From the human T2T-CHM13v2.0 reference genome, Homo sapiens, in assembly GCF_009914755.1 (NCBI RefSeq), contig NC_060945.1: a DNA stretch of 64,000 nt. The stretch is one strand, 5' to 3'. Shown here piece by piece: positions 57,900 through 64,000 of this stretch. The translations under genes and the position numbers were made by a program. The notes beneath the pieces were generated by a model that was not told the DNA's origin, did not search any database, and was given only the letters and a program-made list of their open reading frames with translations. Within the stretch, counting starts at the first letter, position 1; each line of letters starts with the position of its first letter.

Positions 57900-59033
57900 G
57901 CACGTTTCCTTCTCGGGCTTGGCTCCTTGGGTCATGTCTCCAGCCTGACGTTCCAGCTGAGAGGTGGTGAGGCAGGAAGGGGTGTCTCTGCATCAGGAAA
58001 GCGATAAGGAGTTCAGGAAACCCAGTGTCTCTCATTGGCTGGAAGAGTATTACACGGCTACCTCTGGTTGCCCAGATGCCTGGGGCAGGGTCTGTGCTCG
58101 AGAAAATAAGGCTCTGTGAGTAAGGGTCTCCCACAGCCAGATCAACAAGGAGCTGTAGGCTGTAAGTCCTGGTTCCTGACTGAGGGAGGCCTAAAAAGTG
58201 GGGCTGTTGGGGCTTTATATTTAGCACCCACTTTTTACCCTCTCAAATTCCAGACCAGTTGAGAGAGCCGCACACACTGTAGATAGGCAAGTGGAGATCA
58301 GATACAGGCTCTGTTTTAGATAAAAGCAACTGGAGAAAGTGGCTGACTGGCCAAGCGGGTTTGCTAATCCTTTATCCCAAATTAGACAAACTTCCCACCT
58401 AGTAACGAGCATGGCTGGGGGCAAGCCCCTTCCACGTGGCAGGAGAAGAAACCCTAGCACTTTGGTGTGGGTGCGCCTAGCCCAAGAGGAGAGGAGGACC
58501 GGCTGGGCTAAGCAGCCCATTTCCTCCTTCTAGATGCCTCCTTCTGCAGGAAAGAGTGCGTGAGTTGGATTCTGTCCACAGGGAACAGAAGCGCAAGGGA
58601 CAAGTGCCCCCTCTGCTCTGAGGAAGGGTTTTGCATATCTCCTGTTGGAAGTCTGGAAGCTGGGCAGTCTCGCTCCCTGCACCAGCTGTGCCGGCCCTGC
58701 CTGTCTTCCTGCAGGTCTGGGCTGGCTGCTGTGGGCCTGTGTCCTCAACACTGCCCTGCCCTGAGGCTGTTGGAGGGACAGCCCCAGTGCTCCCCCTTCA
58801 TCATCCACTCTCCTTTCCCTTTAGTGTTTCTATCTCTGGATTTGTTTCTGGTGAGCCTTCCCTCCAGAAGGAACTGCTCTTGTCCCCATGTACTTCCTCG
58901 AGGCCTCCCTGGTCGTTCCTAGGGGCGATCATACTATAGAAAGAACCCATCATTGTCACCCAGAAGTGCTCCTGAGAGATGAGGGAACCTCTGGGGAAGC
59001 CAGCTTGGGCTTCGGGAGGAATTTTCTCCTCTC

Positions 59034-59319
59034 TTTATTTTTATTTTATTTTTTTGAGACAGAGTCTGTCTCTGTCGCCCAGGCGGTGCAGTGGCACTGC
59101 CAGCTCTGCCTCCCGGGTTCACACCATTCTCCTGCCTCAGCCTCCTGAGTAGCTGGAACCACAGGCGCCTGCCACCACGCCCGGCTAATTTTTTGTATTT
59201 TTAGTAGAGACGGGGTTTCACCGTGTTAGTCAGGATGGTCTCGATCTCCTGACCTTGTGATCCACCCACCTTGGCCTCCCAAAGTGCTAGGATTACAGGT
59301 GTGAGCCACTGCGCCCAGC
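59034..59319 (-). mobile_element. AluY with a small internal deletion
   Basis: Reverse-complement AluY text (gggttcacaccattc, ccgtgttagtcaggatggtctcgatc); TSD-like tttctcctct on both sides. Confidence 0.9.
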
Positions 59320-61645
59320 CTTTCTCCTCTTTTTAAATGTTCTCAAGTAGCTTCCTCTTCAAGTCCGGTTTCTTTTTCTTGTTTTCTGCTGGGAACTAGA
59401 TGTAGTTCCCCTCCTTCCTCAGCAGCACCATTTAGGTACGAGACGGGTGGGGTTGGCCCTTTCCATTCTTTAAGGAGAGTATTTTCCACTGTGAGATGGT
59501 CACATACCTTCTCTTTGGTAACAGGACAAAAGAGCAAATGCTGGAAAAACTAAGCTTATGAGCTTTGGGGAAGCCTGATGTGCAAATGAGGGAGGCTAAC
59601 ATGATTTTCGGGCTACTGGATTGGTGCTCACTCCCAATTTGAAAACTAGTCAGGAGATACCGAGGCCCTGTGTGATGTGGTACAAAGTATAAGGCGTTGG
59701 CCATGGTAGAGAATCATGATTTTTTTTTTTTTTTCTGGAGGTGGGAAGCCATTGTGGTTGGGGGCATGAACTCAGAGTTGTGCCGTGGAAGGGTCCCTGT
59801 GGCAGGAGAACAGGTGGAGAGCAGACGCCGAGGGGCCGCTGTCCAGGCAGGAGTGATGGAGCATGGCTGGTGGGGACTTCAGACACATGTGCAAGGTTCT
59901 GAGGATGCCTGGGTGCTGGCCATGTGGCAAGGTGGAAGGCAGTGCCTATGACTGGACAGCTGGGAGGGAGCCCACTGTGGTGATGGGGAGGGTAGACTAG
60001 CAGGTCTGTTTGGGTATGCTGACTTGGGGGCACTCAAGGGGAGCTGTCAGGGAGGCCATTGGGTGGAAGCAATTCCAGAGACAAACCGCTGCTCCCTAAA
60101 GGAAAAGGAGAGTGCCTTTGCCTTTCAACCTGAGCTCCATGTGGTCCTCTGGCCCAGCCTGCTAGGCAGCCTCGCCCTGCTCCCCACTGATGTCACACAG
60201 GTGTCACAAAATGAACATCTGAAACCAGAGCTTCATTTTCCTAAATTTCCTAGCCTTTCTCCTTACAGTGAACGTCACCAACACCCACCCAGCTGCTGGA
60301 AACCTGGCAGTCATCCTAGCCACCTCGCTTTCCCTCACCGTCACACCCAGTCCCCTCAAACATTTGTGCCTGCTGTCCCTGCGTTCGCTTCCCACCCGGG
60401 TGCTTGCCTTTCCACGTCTCCCTGCTGTCCAGCAGCTGGCAAGTCATTCCTGCCCTGTGCTTGCAGGCTCCACGGACCCACCAGGGCATCTGGAATACAA
60501 CTGTGACTTCCTCCTCACCCCACGGCTGTGCTTGACCCGGCTCCCATCTGTCTCCAGATCCCTTGGAGCACTCTCCCAGGTCTGCTGCAGGCCCATGGCC
60601 TCCTCCCTTGGACCACTCTCCCCGTCTCTGTCTAGGGGCTGCTCACAGCTTCCTAGAAGTTTCTTGCCTGGGCTTTGCTTATTCCCAGCTGGTGGCTTTC
60701 CATCTGTGCTCTTCCTCTGCTGACGGCCCCTTCTGCCCCAGCTCATTATATGACCGTTGTCTCCCATCCCGTCCCGACCTGCCTGTTTATGGAGGCATCC
60801 TCTAGGTTCTCAGTGGAGGGTGCCTGGCCCCTGGAACAAAACTGTTGAGTTTGAATCATCCCCACCCTGCCTCTTCCTAGCTGCAGTGCTGGGCCTCAGT
60901 TTCCCTATGTGCAAAATGGGGACACTCAAACCTGCCTCATTCCCGTGAGGATTACATGATTAGGTAAAGTGTTCGTGGCAGTGTGGGGGATGGCGAGTGC
61001 TAGGCAGGAGCTGGAGGCTGTTCTCTTTGGGCTATTTGCACACATATGCTCTTAGCCTCCTTTCGAGCACTTTCCTCAGCCTTCAATCTTGTGTATATTT
61101 GTGTGTGTTTCTCTTTTAGGAGAGAGACTTCTCTGGCATTGACTGGACAACTGTCAGAGCTTATCCTTGACCTGAGCTCACTGCCTCTGCCTCAGAATTG
61201 GGGGTCAGGTTATTCTTAGTATTCTAGGTTTATAAGGCCAGACAGAGTCCTTCTTCCCTGTAGAGCAGAAATGACCCCTAATATAGGAGCATATTGTTTT
61301 CCCTCAGCAGAGCAAATGCTTCAGTAGTAGTGTTACCAGCAGACAGATGGCGCTTTAGAGGTGACATGTGATAGATGCTTGGGACTGAAATTTAGCCGTG
61401 GATCATAGCCTGAATGGGATTTTCACGCATGTCTTCCCTCTCAGGATTTCTCTTAAGGGTTGTTGATTCCACATTTCTCCTTGAGGAGGGGGTGGTGGTA
61501 GGGCTGGTGACCGGGGAACTGTAATTTCCTGTGGGAGAGCAGCAATTTCATTATTCCTTTAATGAAGCTATAGTTGATCATCCTTCAGTGCCTAGTATAC
61601 AGCCTGTTAAATTAGGGTCTTCGGATTGCTCTGCAAGCCTTTTTA

Positions 61646-61940
<295 letters not shown>

Positions 61941-63009
61941 ATTTACAATTTATGTTAAAATATGTCATTTTAAGTTATGTAAATCCAAGCATAATTACTG
62001 AACACAAGGCTCAATCCAAAACATGCACAGTAAGCCCGTGTGAAGTGTTCACATGCTGTTCTGAGGCTGGCTGGATCTGGAGTTTCTGGGAGTGCTCTCT
62101 TGGGCTGGCACGTCTTGGGCTGTGGGGGCCCTGAAGCCCTCCTAGATGCTGGACATTGGTGTGTGTGCAACTTGGTGGTGGTGTTGGGGTTACTTTCCAG
62201 AAGCTACTCAAGGCTTAGTCTCAGTTTCTATCTAAAGATATTTATATGGGAAGTATTCCAAATGTGGATTTATAAAGATAACACATGGATAGAAATAGTG
62301 TAAAACTTGTGTGAACTGAACCAGCCAAGCTTCTAGTCTTCCCTTTCCAAAACTTTCCTTTTTCTCCCCCCGTGTTAAAGATTTAAAAATATATGTTTAA
62401 AAAGGTCACTTTTAACTTGTAAAAATTATTCAACATATACAGAAATTTAAAAAGCAGCATTGCAGGTTATGTGAGATTATGTATGTCTGCTCTTTGGAAC
62501 TAGGTTGAAATGATAGCTACAAGGTTCTTTGGAAGAATGGGGATGTGTGGGTGAGAGTGGAGTAGACAGGCTGGGCTTACTAACTAGGCTTGCACTGGCC
62601 CCCGTCAGTCACTGTTCCCAAGTCAAATACTGCATTGCACTGAACACCAGAGCAGCAGTGCATTTCCTAGAGAACTCTGCAAGGCTACAGGTGGCAGACT
62701 TAGGGAGCGCTTGCCATCCCTGCCCTTCCCAGCTCTACCCAGAACAAGGAGGCCTCGCACACTACCTGGTCATATTTTGACTTCATGCATTTAATGAACC
62801 AAACTAAAGGTAAATATTTTCTTTTGATTCCCAAGGCAGACTTGTGGGTACCCAAGTTCCTCAGCCCATCTTTAACTCAGTAGGATGTGGCATCTCCATT
62901 GAGGCTCTTCATGGAATCCCTGGAGGTGAAACCTCGGTGTCCGGTTGCTCCAAACCAGTGCTGGTGGGATTCAGTTTTCTGGACCCATTTCTGGGTGAAG
63001 TCAAGGAAT

Positions 63010-63745
63010 GGAGGCGGGCGGCTGTCAAGCGTCTCTGTTGCTCAATGGGGCAGGCCAGTCCCAGCGGCGACTTAGAGGTGGCTGGCTGGGCGTCCCTACA
63101 GGAGAATGGGCCACAGGGCCAGCGGGGCCAGCAGGATGAGCAGGCCTGGTTTGGGGTATGGGCCGCAGGCGTGGAGCTCGATGCTGGGCAGGGGCCTGCT
63201 CACTGACGAGTTGCCACCCGGGATTGGGGTAGGGGTGGGCGCGGTGGTCTCGGGCTCTGAGCGGCTCTGCACCGGCAGGAGCAGGACTGGCAGCAGCAGC
63301 AGCAGCGCCAGTGCGGATCGGGCCGCCATGGCCAAGCGCTCCGGCTCGTCCCGTAGCAGTGCCGCGGCGGCGGCCGCTGCCGGGAGTGTCTGTTCCGCGG
63401 TTACGCGGGGTCCTCTCCGGTCCTGTCCAGTGAGGTCCTGACAGCTGTACCCTGGCCCAACCCCTGCCCACGGCTGTTAACGATCAGCCTCGGGGAGCAG
63501 GTGTGCCGCCACGCGCGCCGTAGCGCTCCGGAGCTGGCTCTGCGCTCACGTGCTCGCTGTGCCCTGCGCGCGGGCGGGCCGTGTCCCCGCAGCCCCGCGC
63601 CTGGCGCTGCCAAGCTGCCCAGCGGGCTTTAGCAGGTGCTGAAATGCCCGCTGCCAGTCGCCGAGTGCTGGGTGCAGAGGATCTCTCCAGACACCTAGGC
63701 TCCCTTCTTTCGCGGCACGTGGGAAAAACTCCTGAAGTGCGTGCA
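63010..63745. promoter_or_regulatory. Intragenic CpG island (candidate antisense promoter)
   Basis: Sharp CpG enrichment in an otherwise CpG-poor intron; CACGTG E-boxes at ~63547 and ~63716; GCGCGC and GGGCGG motifs. Confidence 0.8.
63096..63329 (-). CDS. Putative 77-aa CD24/CD52-like GPI-anchored surface glycopeptide, antisense in ADARB1 intron 1
   Basis: gccATGg Kozak at 63329 (the ORF track starts two codons earlier at TTG); Leu-rich signal peptide, Thr/Pro core with an NSS sequon, C-terminal hydrophobic tail ending at the stop; CpG island upstream; ATTAAA at 62795-62790. Confidence 0.55.
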   Translation of the reverse strand: MAARSALALLLLLPVLLLPVQSRSEPETTAPTPTPIPGGNSSVSRPLPSIELHACGPYPKPGLLILLAPLALWPILL

Positions 63746-64000
63746 CAGAGTTTTTGTTTTAGAGGCTTTGACGTTATGATTAAGTATACCTGTGATGTAA
63801 CGAAAACCTTTTTTAATGCTTCTCAAAAGATTTGCTAGCGTTTAACATTTACCTCCTGTACTGGAGTTTAAAGGAAGCGTTGCTTCTTAAGTAATCAGTG
63901 ATCCTTTTGCTTTTGGAAATTGTAATGAACTTCACCATCGTAGAGCTTTAATATTTCTTTCCTGAAGCAGAAAGCATGTGAAATTTTCTGGATAGTGTAT

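Noticed and set aside
63025-63471. Alternative ORFs over the intragenic CpG island (148 aa minus, 111 aa plus)
   Set aside because: They are low-complexity GC-driven frames with no coherent protein architecture. The 77-aa frame explains the region better.

Overview
This is human (primate) genomic DNA. I recognise it from memory as chromosome 21q22.3 around the 5' end of ADARB1 (ADAR2, the A-to-I RNA editing enzyme). Bases 1-33 kb are repeat-rich upstream sequence with Alus, old L1/L2, MaLR/ERVL LTRs, DNA transposons and several VNTRs. A plus-strand chain of splice signals at ~10.4-18.8 kb may be an unannotated spliced non-coding transcript. At ~34.1-34.6 kb lies an intronless, frameshifted minus-strand copy of SSR4 (SSR4P1). 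A large CpG island (~35.3-37.9 kb) holds the non-coding first exon of ADARB1 (+ strand, donor at 37076/37077), a perfect 11-mer promoter VNTR and a 5'UTR GGC repeat. The rest of the window is ADARB1 intron 1, with no ADARB1 coding exon. The most striking item is a compact antisense gene nested in that intron (63096-63329, minus strand). It has its own CpG island, a perfect Kozak AUG and a downstream ATTAAA, and encodes a 77-aa protein with the signal peptide / tiny glycosylated core / GPI-signal layout of CD24 and CD52. Locus identity and repeat subfamily names come from recall, not from a database search.
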